From assembly GCA_018398765.1 (NCBI GenBank), contig JAHBMJ010000361.1, forward strand, positions 1 through 49,556: 49,556 nucleotides of DNA, read 5' to 3'. Numbering within the stretch: position 1 is the stretch's first letter; the number at the start of each line of letters is the position of its first letter. The stretch comes from Chromera velia (lineage: Eukaryota). A program made the position numbers and the translations under genes. Under the pieces are notes generated by a model, which saw nothing but the letters and a program-made list of their open reading frames with translations, had not been told where the DNA came from and searched no databases. Shown here one piece after another: positions 11,901-22,694 of the stretch.

Positions 11901-13738
11901 CGACTTTCCGAGTTCGTTCAATCATCTTCAAACATGCAGACTGTTTACCTCTGAGTCAGACCAAAATCACTAAGCTGTAGATAAAGTAGGAGGTATGGTA
12001 TACAGACAGAGACAGCAGCTACAGAGACCGAATTAAAGGGAAGCCAGAGTGTATGTGGGTGTAAGAGAAAGAGAACGGACAATACAGATAACTACATGGA
12101 CGCTCTGGTGCTGCCCAACAGGGTCGGTCGAAAAATGAGAGCCCGATCTGAGTATATCATGGGAATTAATTGGGTATGACGTAGTGGACGGACATTGTGG
12201 TTTGCCCTGTATTGTTCGACTTGAGAGGCGGTGGCTAGGGCGGTGGTGCATGGCTAGCGGGGTTTGTTGTGAATAACTCATCCGAGTGGGATCCCAGCAG
12301 TCAGTCCCAGTAGCCGTCTCCTCCTTTCTTCTTGATCCTTCTGACCTTAAAGTTTGTGGGGGGCAGAGTACTCCATGAGGATCAGATTCTGAACAATTGA
12401 AGGAGGCTGGTGATGTCCACAATTGCCGCTGAAACGGCAGAGGTGAAGAGTGAGTGGGCGCATGGCAGGCAGGCTCTTCGACCCCGGGTCGTCTCACTTC
12501 CCTAGAGAATTAATCAGGTAACATTTCTCCCGCATACAGTCAGATCGAAGAGATCGGGGAGGGGTGCATGGGCAGATCACAGATCGAACAGATGAGGGAG
12601 CAAAGACGCAGTCTGGCCTGCAGGCCTGTTCAGCCGCTTCTCTACTTCTCTTCTCCAAGATGGTCCTGCGGCTAGTCCTGCAGATCCTGCTGTCGAGGAG
12701 GACAAGGGAGAGGGGCATTGAGAATGAGGAAGAGAAGGTATGTTAAATCATGTTAAATCTGTTAGAATTCTGAGTGAGGGGGCTGGTGACACTGGACTTA
12801 TGATCAACAGGATGCACGTTAATAAATGGATGCAACACACGCATGACGGGTGGTGGGATCAAGAGCTGAGACTTATACAGATTTGTTTTGATTTCTTTCT
12901 GAAAAAAAGCATTGAGCTGAAACATTGGTCTCACTCTGTAGTAAGCCCTCCTTGCTTCTCTCAGCTGTGGCACTGCGTGTTTCTCTGTATCCCTGTAACT
13001 TGTTAGAGTGGCAAAGTTTTCTCAAGTGTCTCCAATCATCATTTAAGTCCATCAGATAAAGCTTTGGCGTCTTTTTTTCGTTGATCGAGATGAGCCAGGA
13101 GCGTCAACAAATTTTTGGGGACGATGCAACGCCTGGACAGATTGCTAGATACTAAGAGGAAATCGATGCACAGCTGAGGACCTGGCAAGGACGGAGATGT
13201 CGAGAACGAACTTTCGGGTCGGGAGGGAGAGACCACCGTTTCGCCACTATGCAGGAGTGGTAGAACTTTCACTGATTGAATCCTGGAATGAGTCCACAGG
13301 ACAGTTTTGCTTTGTGTGTTTAGTAAACTGCATATAACACTGTTTGTTTATTTTCAGAGCAGCGAAAATGAAAGAAATAACGATGAGATGGAAAGAAAGG
13401 AGAGAGGAAAGATGTCTCCACAGGAGGCATTCAGCTCATCCATCTGAGTGAATCTGCATGCTATTGGGATGGAGCAAATGCACACCCAATACATGCAACC
13501 TCATTATTGACATACAGTCGCTCACACAGCCCTTTTTTTGTATCGGGTTCTCTTCTGAATCACTTCTGCAGGCTGGGCCCGGCGTTGCTTCAGAGTCTTA
13601 GGCCGCTCAGAAGAAGCAGGTGGATGGACCCTTCCAGATCTGTATAGGTCAGTGCATACATGTATGTCGGTGTGTGTCTTTTCAGAAAAGCAGAACTCTG
13701 CCCCCCAAATAACCAAGAGCAATTGTGTAAAGGAAAGA

Positions 13739-14620
13739 GCCGCATCCCGGCAGTGACCTATGTGATAATGGACCCTGTGTAAGGGGCTCTCAGATGGTAA
13801 AAAAATTAAAAACACTTTGTATAGCAAAATTAAGCCTATATATAGCATAGTTATGACTTTTTTAACACTTTTAAAGGTTTTTTACATGTTTTAGCTTGTT
13901 TAGAAGATTATTTATTTACCTTAAAAAAGCTTTAAAAAGGAAGCTTTAAAAAGGTCTTCCAAGTATGGGGGCAACATACGGACGATGAAGGTGGCAATCA
14001 TCATAAGATATAAATGTACGCAAGCTAGGAGTGTTTCTATAAAAACGCCAGCATCTATCAAACATTTGGCATACAGAATTGTATGTCTAAATCGATCTAG
14101 TGAGCCTTCGAAATTGCACGCTCAGCCCCTGCACTGATGCTGAGGCCCCGCCGCCGCCCACCGCCCTACCCGGCACCCCCACTCACCCCCTCAGATCTCT
14201 CTGTCTACCATACAATACCCCGTTAAGCATGCACATTGTCTGTTACCAGTAATCCCACAATGCCAAGAAACATAAACTATGCATTGTCTTTGTCATCTGT
14301 ATTGTTGTTTTCCATCTGTTGATCCTGTATATTGCCAGTCTCAGGCACTGGCAATCCAAGGAACTCCCCCTGCGCTTCAGGGGACCTGCCCCCATCTATG
14401 TTGCACCTATAGTTAGGAAGCCTTTTTAAAGCTTTTTTAAGGTAAGTATATAAACTTTTAAACAAGCTAAAATGTGTAAAAAACCTTTAAAAGTGTTAAA
14501 AAAGTCATAACCATGCTATATATAGGCTTAATTTTACTATACAAAGTGTTTAATATTTTTTTACCATCTGAGAGCCCCAAATAGGGTCTATTATCGCATA
14601 GGTCACTGCCGGGATACGGC
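13739..14620. mobile_element. Long inverted repeat (arms ~13739-13978 and ~14396-14620); MITE/foldback-like element, or two inverted copies of a repeat
   Basis: GCCGCATCCCGGCAGTGACCTATG...GGCTCTCAGATGGTAAAAAAA...AAGCCTATATATAGCAT...GCAACATA is matched in reverse complement across a ~420-bp spacer. No clear TSD. Confidence 0.7.
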
Positions 14621-15171
14621 GACAGGTAGAGAAGAAATGTGGGCCTGCTTCCCTGCATGAGAGAGATATAGAAAGAGCAGTTCAACGGAAGAGAAACGGG
14701 GGCCCGGGGATCCACAGATATTATTAAACGCCGGACGCGCTAACATAGAAGTCCAAAGGGTAGACGGACATACACTCTCTCTCACACATACACGTACATA
14801 CACATAAATGCAAGGCATACACACGCACATACCAGGCATATACACATCAGGCCTGCAGGATCATCTGCATGACGGTCAATTTATGCATTTCCTTCCTTTT
14901 TTTTCCCTTTCCTCTCTTTTTCTTTCGTTCCCTTTCCTTCCCTTTTTTTCCCTTCCCTTTCCTTTTTCTTGCCCGCCCTTTGCTTTCTCGAAAGTCCCGG
15001 CCCATCAAATGTTTGATCAACCCCTTTTTTCCCTTCCGTACAGTGGTGAGCAGGGGCAATGCGAAAGTGCCCTCAACCGTCATGGTTAAAATTATGCAAA
15101 GTGAATTCCCTCTTCTGAAAGTTACGGATGTGTGCATGACCAGGGTGCTCACAAATGTGCTCGTTGAGTTT

Positions 15172-16391
15172 GAGACAACAGCCCAGACTCTAAAGAAGGA
15201 AACAGTGGCAATGGACGGGCAACTTCCATCAGGATGGAAGATGATATAGATTTGGGGGGGGGNGGGGGGGGGGGGGAGCAAGCACAGACTCTGCCACTGG
15301 GCAGGTTCAGGAGTCTCAGACTTGAGGGTAGAAAAAGGGGAAAGTTGCGGCGACGGGGGGTGAGAGAGAAGAAGGCAGAGGAGGAAGAAGCAGAAATAGC
15401 AGAGCAAGGAGAGGGATTCCTGCGGGGCTGTTATGCTCTGTGGCAGATTGAGGATACCATCTCGTCTGCATCCCCCCTACCTTTCTGCAGGTGGCGTGGG
15501 GGGAAAGCCTAGACATGATGGTTGATGTCGTGATCGATTTTGTCTCTGTCGGAGGGGGGAAAAAACGAAAATGGGCTGTCTTTTAGCGATCTATGAAGTG
15601 GTTGTACAACACCCACTTCATAGATTTACTAGAGATCTGCCCCCTGATTGTAGAGTGTATCTCCTTCAGAGCACTGGCTAATCTATTGGTGGCCCTCCGT
15701 TCCACTAAAGATCTAGAAGAGATGTGCTCCGACCTGAAGGGCAGATAGAAGGACATCGAGGAGAACAACACACTTCTACTGCATGCCTTGCAGGACGACA
15801 AGTATACCACCCTCCGTCAGTACGTCGCCAAGCTGTTTGTAGAGCGACTTATGCTTGATATGCACCTCCTCGCCAACGATGCAAAAGTATCTCTATATGT
15901 AAAGTGGGTCCCCTCTCAGGGGAAGTTTCATGATAGAAAGACCAAGCTGCTTGGCGTAATCACCACAATCATCTTCCCCGAAACCGAGTACCGAATTCCC
16001 GATCTAGCGGGTTCGTACGCAGAGTACGTGTCTCACGTTATACAAATGTTCAACAGGGGGGTTTTATTGGTCTTTCGGACACAGATAAACCCTGTTGAAC
16101 GTCTTATGAGTGAGAACAGATGGTTGGAAGTATACTACGAGACAACAGCCCAGAGGGAGGAAGCAGTAGCAATGGACGGGCAACTTCCATCAGGATAGAA
16201 AGTGATGCAGATGGGGGGGNGGGGGGGGGGGGGCAAGCGCAGACTTTGCCACTGGGCAGGTCCAGGAGTCTCAGACTCGAAAAGAGAAAAGGAAGAAAGT
16301 TGTGGGGGATGAAAGAGAGGAGAGGGAGAAGATAGGAGAAGGAGGAGCCTGATGAGGAGGAAGAAGCAGAGATAACAAAGCAAGGAGAGGG
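15172..16391 (+). repeat. Dispersed direct repeat of ~245 bp (15172-15415 and 16139-16391)
   Basis: Both copies read GAGACAACAGCCCAGA...GCAATGGACGGGCAACTTCCATCAGGAT, then a G-tract, GCCACTGGGCAGGT and AGCAAGGAGAGGG; both encode ETTAQ...AMDGQLPSG. Confidence 0.85.
15593..16198 (+). pseudogene. Decayed ORF of unknown family (RRM-like C-terminal motif), interrupted by an in-frame TAG
   Basis: MKWLYNTHFIDLLEIC...DLKGR*KDIEENNTLLLHALQDDKYTT...LEVYYETTAQREEAVAMDGQLPSG* reads in one frame. A related segment (LVEFETTAQ) lies at ~15000-15249. Confidence 0.4.
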
Positions 16392-16655
16392 AGAGAGAAA
16401 AATAATAACCCAAAACAATAAAAAGAAACAAAAAAAAAAAAGTTAATATATGATTCAAATCTAATTATATCTTTTTAAAAGAGTATTTCATCATTAAAAC
16501 TTCCCATATATGAGTCACTGTATGAAAAAAGGCTCTAAAAATGCTCAAAAACCTATATTTCAGAACTGAGATTTATCTCACGTCTAGAACTAGGTCTAGA
16601 ATCTAATAAAATTAAGCGTTGGCTATACAGAAAACAAAAAGATACAATGAATCTT

Positions 16656-16976
16656 TAATGAGACTTTAGGGCTTATAGGTTTTTCCTACGTAGGTAAGTC
16701 TGTTCTATTAGAGTCCAAGTACATTCACGCCTTTCGATCAATAATCTACTTCAATTAACTATGGTTTTGTTTTTCTGCATGCTTTTCGTACGGCTTAATT
16801 CAATCAGATGTATATCGCTTTCTATGCATTTAATTCGCTCACTTCAAAGTTCCTCGCTCGTACTGTGCGGTGAGCGGTACTGCTGCGCGTTGGTGCCTTT
16901 GTGTTTTATTAGTCTCGCGTTGGTCTGGCTTGGCATGCCTCTTTACGCCGATTTGCCTTTCACTAGGGCTTCATCA
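16656..16976 (-). repeat. 3' LTR
   Basis: Colinear with 24281-24601, no indels, 26 substitutions. The terminal TG is mutated to TA at 16656-16657. A purine tract GAAAAAGAAAAGGA lies a few bases upstream on the minus strand (~16983-16996, PPT candidate). Confidence 0.95.
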
Positions 16977-17376
16977 GGCGCATCCTTTTCTTTTTCACGG
17001 AGTGATCAACCGTACAATTTGGAACTCAAGATATCTATTCAAAAGCTACTTCCTTTGGGCTTGAGAATTCGGATGTGCAAACACAGCTGTGACGGTTTTT
17101 CAACCCCCCCAAAGGTGAATGCTGAGCTGCTGAATTCACCCGCAGGAATTCACTGTCTCCTTTCAATCTCATCTCCCTCCTTGCTTGGCATTCTCACATC
17201 GTGAATTGAATTGGAGCGCTTGCAACTCCTGTGTTGAACGTTGTCGTACCACAGTGTATTGCCTTGTAGTCTTGTCTCTCTCTCATCCTTAATCCTCCTC
17301 CCTCTTCTCTTGTTTTCGTCGCTCTGTCTGTTTGATGTCCTTCACCAGCCATCGCTGTGTCCCTCCTTCCAGGTAC

Positions 17377-17967
17377 TTATGCCTGTGGAGGCCATGGGAA
17401 TTCATCATCTGAATCATCATCATTCATTTCCTTTTCTTTCTCATCTCCTGTTTCTACTCCTGTGGGTGTGTAGATGATTCGTCCGGCCTTTTCCTTTTCC
17501 AACAATGATGCAAGCAAGTCAACAGACATTGGCTTTGTCAATGTGTCTGCGTAGTTCTGTACTCCACTCACATGTTGCACTGCAATCTTTCCTTCCTTCA
17601 AACTATCAAACACAGCAAGAGCAGGAATGACAGAAACCTTCCCCCCAATTTCTCTAACTTTCTGCACTAATGCTCTTTCTTATAGCTTTGGATTCCTTGC
17701 TTTGAGTATCTTGCAGACACTGTCAGAGTCTGTTTGAATGATGCATTTTATCCCTGCGTCCCTCCAAATCTCCTTGATGAATCTCATCACCACGAATCCG
17801 TAATCCAGCGCGTCCTCCAACACCATCAACTCTCCCTTATTGCTGCTTCTTGCAAATCTCTTCTGCTTTTTGCTCTTCCAAGCTATTGGTCTCCCATTAA
17901 TCAAGAGAACCCAGCCTGTTTGCGGATGAGGATACTTATTGCTTCCCTTTACGTTCCATCGGTTCAT
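17377..17967 (-). pseudogene. Copia-type RNase H remnant
   Basis: QTGWVLLINGRPIAWKSKKQKRFARSSNKGELM, IQTDSDS and HVSGVQNYADTLTKP; the two ORFs join in frame across a TAA. Confidence 0.9.
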
Positions 17968-18049
17968 GGTGCTTCGGCGGATTCAAAAGGATTTCCCTGT
18001 TTGATGTTGCCTTACCGTACTTGATTACACGATTCAGCAGTCTCCATGC

Positions 18050-19045
18050 TCAGACCATCGGGCTCTGGTTAAATTGGCTAAGCCAAGCGGAAGCATACTG
18101 TAGGTCCGGTCGTGTGCAATGTGCTGCATATGATAACTCCCCCAACAACTGTCTGTACCTCTTATATCGTTCTGCATCCAGCGTTTCAGATTTATCTTCT
18201 TCTCTGTTCACTCCTGAGGGCAATGGCTATGTGGGTATCTTGCTTTGCTCTCCTGAAATGCTCTCAACGTATTGCTTCTGTGAGCAACAGATGCGTCCAT
18301 TTGGGAGAATTTTGTAATCACTCCCGACATACCTCCCGAGCCTCTCAGGTTCTTTACACTCCACCACCTCTGCGATTTCCATCACTATTTCTGACATGCT
18401 CCCATCCAGAGAGACAACGATCAAATCGTCGACATACTGACTGAGCAATCCTACCACTCTTCCTGCCTTCTTTTTCCAAAACATCTCCATCAAAGGACTT
18501 GCCTCCCATCCAAGTTTCTGCAACAGATCCCACAAATGATCCTCAAACAACCTACCCGCGTCTTTCAGTCCGTACAGAGCTTTCTTCAATTTCCATAGGA
18601 CCCCCGTCTTGTAGTCTGGATGACATTTCGGCGGGCGGACGAACACGGGCTTTAAAGATCTCAGCTTGGCCTGCAGATACGCGTTCTGGCAATCCACTGA
18701 GGCGATCGAGTCTTCGTTGAAATGCAATGATCCTAGTGCTACAAGCAACACAAATCTAACGGAATTGGGTGGACAACCACACGTGGCTGTGTCGATGTCC
18801 TGTCGGGTATCTTGATCACCTCGAGCAACGGCTCATGCTTTAAACTCTCTCTCTCCTCCCAGTTTCAATTTTAGGGTGTCAACTACCAACATGTTCATAA
18901 TTCTGACTCCTTTTGGGACTTGGTCTCTGCGAACGGCTAGGCGAACGGGCTCGTAAGTCTGGTACTTCATCAGTTTGGTAAATTCGTTTCTCCGAGCTTC
19001 ATCATACTTTGCTTTCTGCGTTTGGGTCAACTCACTGTACTTCAC
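18050..19045 (-). pseudogene. Copia-type reverse transcriptase (RVT_2-like)
   Basis: FKA*AVARGDQ (the KARLVARG motif), DCQNAYLQAKL, VFVRPP, LWKLKKALYGLKDAGRLF, QYVDDL, LSYAAHCTRPDLQY. Confidence 0.93.
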
Positions 19046-19595
19046 TTTCTGATGGGTGGTTGCAGTGAGAAAAGCATTTTCGACTGCTTAATGGTCATCT
19101 GTCAAGGCTGTTGAGATGCCCAAATGACTGAACAGTCCACTGACAAGAAAACTTGCATTTCTATTGAAAGTAGGCTCTTTGATGGTCGTGTTAAGTGCGA
19201 ACTCCTTCTCTTCAATATAATCCTTCAAAATCTCCTCAACTGTCCCTTGGGCCAGCCTTCCATTCTCTTGAAGCTGTGCATGCTCTTTCAATCGCAATCT
19301 CATCCTTTTCTACCTCGTATATATCCGGCTTAAGACCTTTCCTCTTCTTTGATATGAACATCACTGCCTGTTCCCCTTTCTTTTTCACTACCGGTCTGTA
19401 AATTCGATTTGCTAACGACCCTCTCCTATACGAACCATAGTAATGTACCAGTAACTTTGTTCTCTTTTCTTGCAGGACGTCTCCAAAGAAGAGTTGCTTC
19501 TTCTCATCACTCTTCCACACAATGAACCTTTTGTCCTGCAACTCAACTTTTTCCTTTCATCTCCCGCGCTCTTTTCCTTCCTCCTTCTTTTCGGC

Positions 19596-20616
19596 CTAAG
19601 TGGAATCAGGTGACTCCAACCTCTCTTTCATCTTCTCTGGCATAACTTTCATGGCTAAGATATGGGCATCGATTTCGTATGATCCCTCATAACTTCTGTC
19701 ACATGCTTTTCTCAGCTTTAACTGATATCTGGTGGGTGACAGATAAGAGATGATGGTGTATGGCTTCCATTCTTCTTTGACGTTCCCAAATTTCCGGAGT
19801 GGGTGCCTGAATAAAACAAGGTCGCCCTCACGGAATGCTTCTGCTGTCTTTAGATTGGATTCTTTCATTCTGGGCCAGAGTTCTCCTTTCATCGTTTCCT
19901 CCACACAAGCGGACAAGAAACTCACGCCCGTCATTCTCTCATACGGGAACTGATATAGTGCTCGGGTAGATGGAAGTCAGTTAACTAACGCAACTGCCAA
20001 GGGAAGGATATCGTCTACCTGATCCATCTCTATCTCTCTTTTAAATCGCAAAAAAGGTGATCTGTGTGTCCAACACCTCATGACGGTTCTCCAGGATTCT
20101 GTTGGACTGAAGATGACCAACTGGGGTCCACTCGTGCATGATTCCGATCTTTGAACAATTCAGGTCGAAGACCCCCTTAAAATGCGAGCCGTGATCAGTT
20201 TTGAAACACGACTGCAACCCCAGTGGCAAGCCAAACATTCTCAACCAATTGTCCTTCACTGCTGTCCACACTGTCTCTGCATCCTCTCCCTTCACTGGAA
20301 CCACCACAAGCCACCGAGTGCACTCATCTATCATCGTTACGTAGGGCTTACTATTGATATAATGGATATCGACTGCCACTCTCTCAAGTAGGCGCCCTAT
20401 TCTTAACTTCCCTGTCCATCCTCTCCACCTGTAAGATGCACCTTTAACCTGTGCACACTCCTTGCACTGCTCTATCACCTCTCTGTAAAGAGAAGGCAAT
20501 TTCGGATTTACAAAATGACGAGACAGCATACGATGCAGTGCCGCTCCTCCGATATGTCCTGTCTGATGGTGGGCCTGTTCCACCAACTCCCTCATCGCTA
20601 CATCTCCCAGCCACAT
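19596..20616 (-). pseudogene. Integrase: HHCC zinc finger, rve DDE core and GPY/F-like C-terminal module
   Basis: AHHQTGHIG...CKEC; RVAVDI...IDECTRW...KTDHGSHF...QSNRILENRH; then FREGDLVLFR...EEWKPYTIISYLSPTRYQL. Confidence 0.9.
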
Positions 20617-21699
20617 TCTTTCCTTTCGGTAGAGCCTCCATGCTCACCCTCCCTGAATCGATTGCATCTCCATCAATTTGCCGCGGGTGATCGTACCCGT
20701 CGTGGCTTGCGTCTCCCTCCCGTGTATCCAACTCTCCAGTAGTCTCTGCAACGGAATCTCTCGAAACACCTGCAGTATTGGGGAAGCATTCAGAAGCCCC
20801 TGCCACCTTTTTGGGGGCGTTAGTCCCCGCATCCTTTTCTTTTATACATTTTTTTCTTTCTGACTGTTTCAGTCTTTTCTCGTTCTTTTTTTCCGCTTTC
20901 TTTTCTCTCTTCTGTGCTGCTTTCCTTTCTTTCTTGCTCTTTGAATGCGTTGCTTCAAAATTTGATGATTGTTGAGCAGAGGAAGGAGAAACGGAAGAAT
21001 GAGAGGATGTGTTTACTACAGTGTCTGAAGCTGGGGAAGGATAGTCGACCTGTATAAGTGCCCTGGGTGGGGGCTCACCTGATGCTTTTCTGTCCTCCTC
21101 CACCAGCCTCGGGCAATCTCCACACCTCAGCGATGCCCAGGCTCTGGCCAGATACTTGAGACCGCCAAGAGTGGGCCTTTTCCAATTGCTCACGATGCCA
21201 CGCTTTTCCTTCCACCTCATCTCTTGTAGGGGGACACGCTTTCCCCTGCCGTCCATACGTTGACGCATACTCCTTCTCCTCAAAGTGCAAGCAATCAACG
21301 TATTCTTTAAGTCGGACATGGTGGAAGTTCTTTGTTCTTCTGCTGGGATGCTTTTCTTTCTGAGTGCTGTTGGGACTAGACGAGCTGAAACCAAACCCCC
21401 GCACTTTCTCTCCTTCACAAGTCTCAGCTGTCTCTCTGCTGTGCATGCATTGCACCTCATATTGCATATAGCCAGCCCACAGTAGAGATGTGGACCTGGT
21501 CGCCCGTCTCTTTTCCTTCCAATCTCTATAGACGAGAGACTGGGGAAAGAGAACTTCTTCTCCGGTGTCCATCACCACCAGACTATGGACTCTCAAGTCT
21601 CTCACTGCCAAGTTTCCACCTACTACCTCTGACACGGGCCTTGGCTTAAAAGGAAGTGTCAGAAGACCGCTTGGTTGGGTGGTCCACTGGATGGAGAGA

Positions 21700-22100
21700 T
21701 GCTGCTTCTTTGCCCCTGGGTGCAGTAGCAACATTCGTTTTGTCCTATAATCTATCCTTACACTCCACACCTCCAAAAACTTCATGCCAATGAAAGGGGG
21801 CACTATGTCCTCTATGTTAAGGACAACACAGCAAGTAGAGAAGACTGCTGCGTCTGTCAAATGAAATCCCTTTGCCCACACCCCTCTCACGCCTACCATG
21901 CCATTTGCGGTTAACGAGGAAGGACCTGGTCTGCTTCTGTGGGTTGCTAAATCTAGTGTCCTAGATCGGCAAGAGGAAAGAGTGCTTGCACCATGCAGAG
22001 CCATCCAAAGGAGAAAGTGACCCTATCCCATGCTCCCGCTATCCTTCACAAGAGACAGTTTGGATGCGTCCTCTACTATCCTTCCATTGCTCTAACTTCC
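21700..22100 (-). pseudogene. Retropepsin-like aspartic protease remnant
   Basis: Reading through TAG stops gives SLVKDSGSMG* (DSG at 22043-22035), in frame with TANGMVGVRG...VPPFIGMKFLEVWSVRID (flap and IGxxFL motifs). Confidence 0.7.
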
Positions 22101-22694
22101 CTTCAGTGCTTTCTGCACAAACTCCTCATTCACCCCACAATCTTCCAACTGTTCTGTCATCAACACCTTCGGGTTGGAAACAAACAGATTGTCGAAAGAG
22201 TCCGTGTCGGAATTGGATTGGACTACTGCTATTGCTGTTGCTGCTGCTGCGAATGTTTTTTTTTTTCGTTGACGGATGCGGTAGACATGGCGAAATTCCC
22301 GTCTCCTTGCTTTCTTCTCCTCATTTGTGGAAGACGCTGCCGACTGTTTCCAATCTTCCCCTTCCTCACTCTCTATTGATCTCTCATCTGTGGATGCTTC
22401 CTGCTCTTCTGACTCATCATTTGATTCGGGGAAAGACTCATCGGACAAATTTGCAAATGCCCCTCGGGTGATGGAAGGGGCCAAGCGTAACAGCTCGACA
22501 CCCCTCTGCCAGCGAGCACACCTTCTGGGTGCAGGTCTCCTGAAGGATTTCCTGTGCTGTCTGAAAGAATGAATTTCTTCTGCTTTCTCCCCGTTTGCCT
22601 GTCTGATGCCTCTCTGTCCTTTTCATTTTCTATTCTCATCTTCATTCTCTCGGCCACTCGTGTGTGTCTGATGGCTACTTGCAAGCAACACCAA

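Noticed and set aside
16761..17204. Similar ORFs at 16761-17204 and 24386-24688 suggesting a duplicated gene
   Set aside because: They are translations of the two LTRs.
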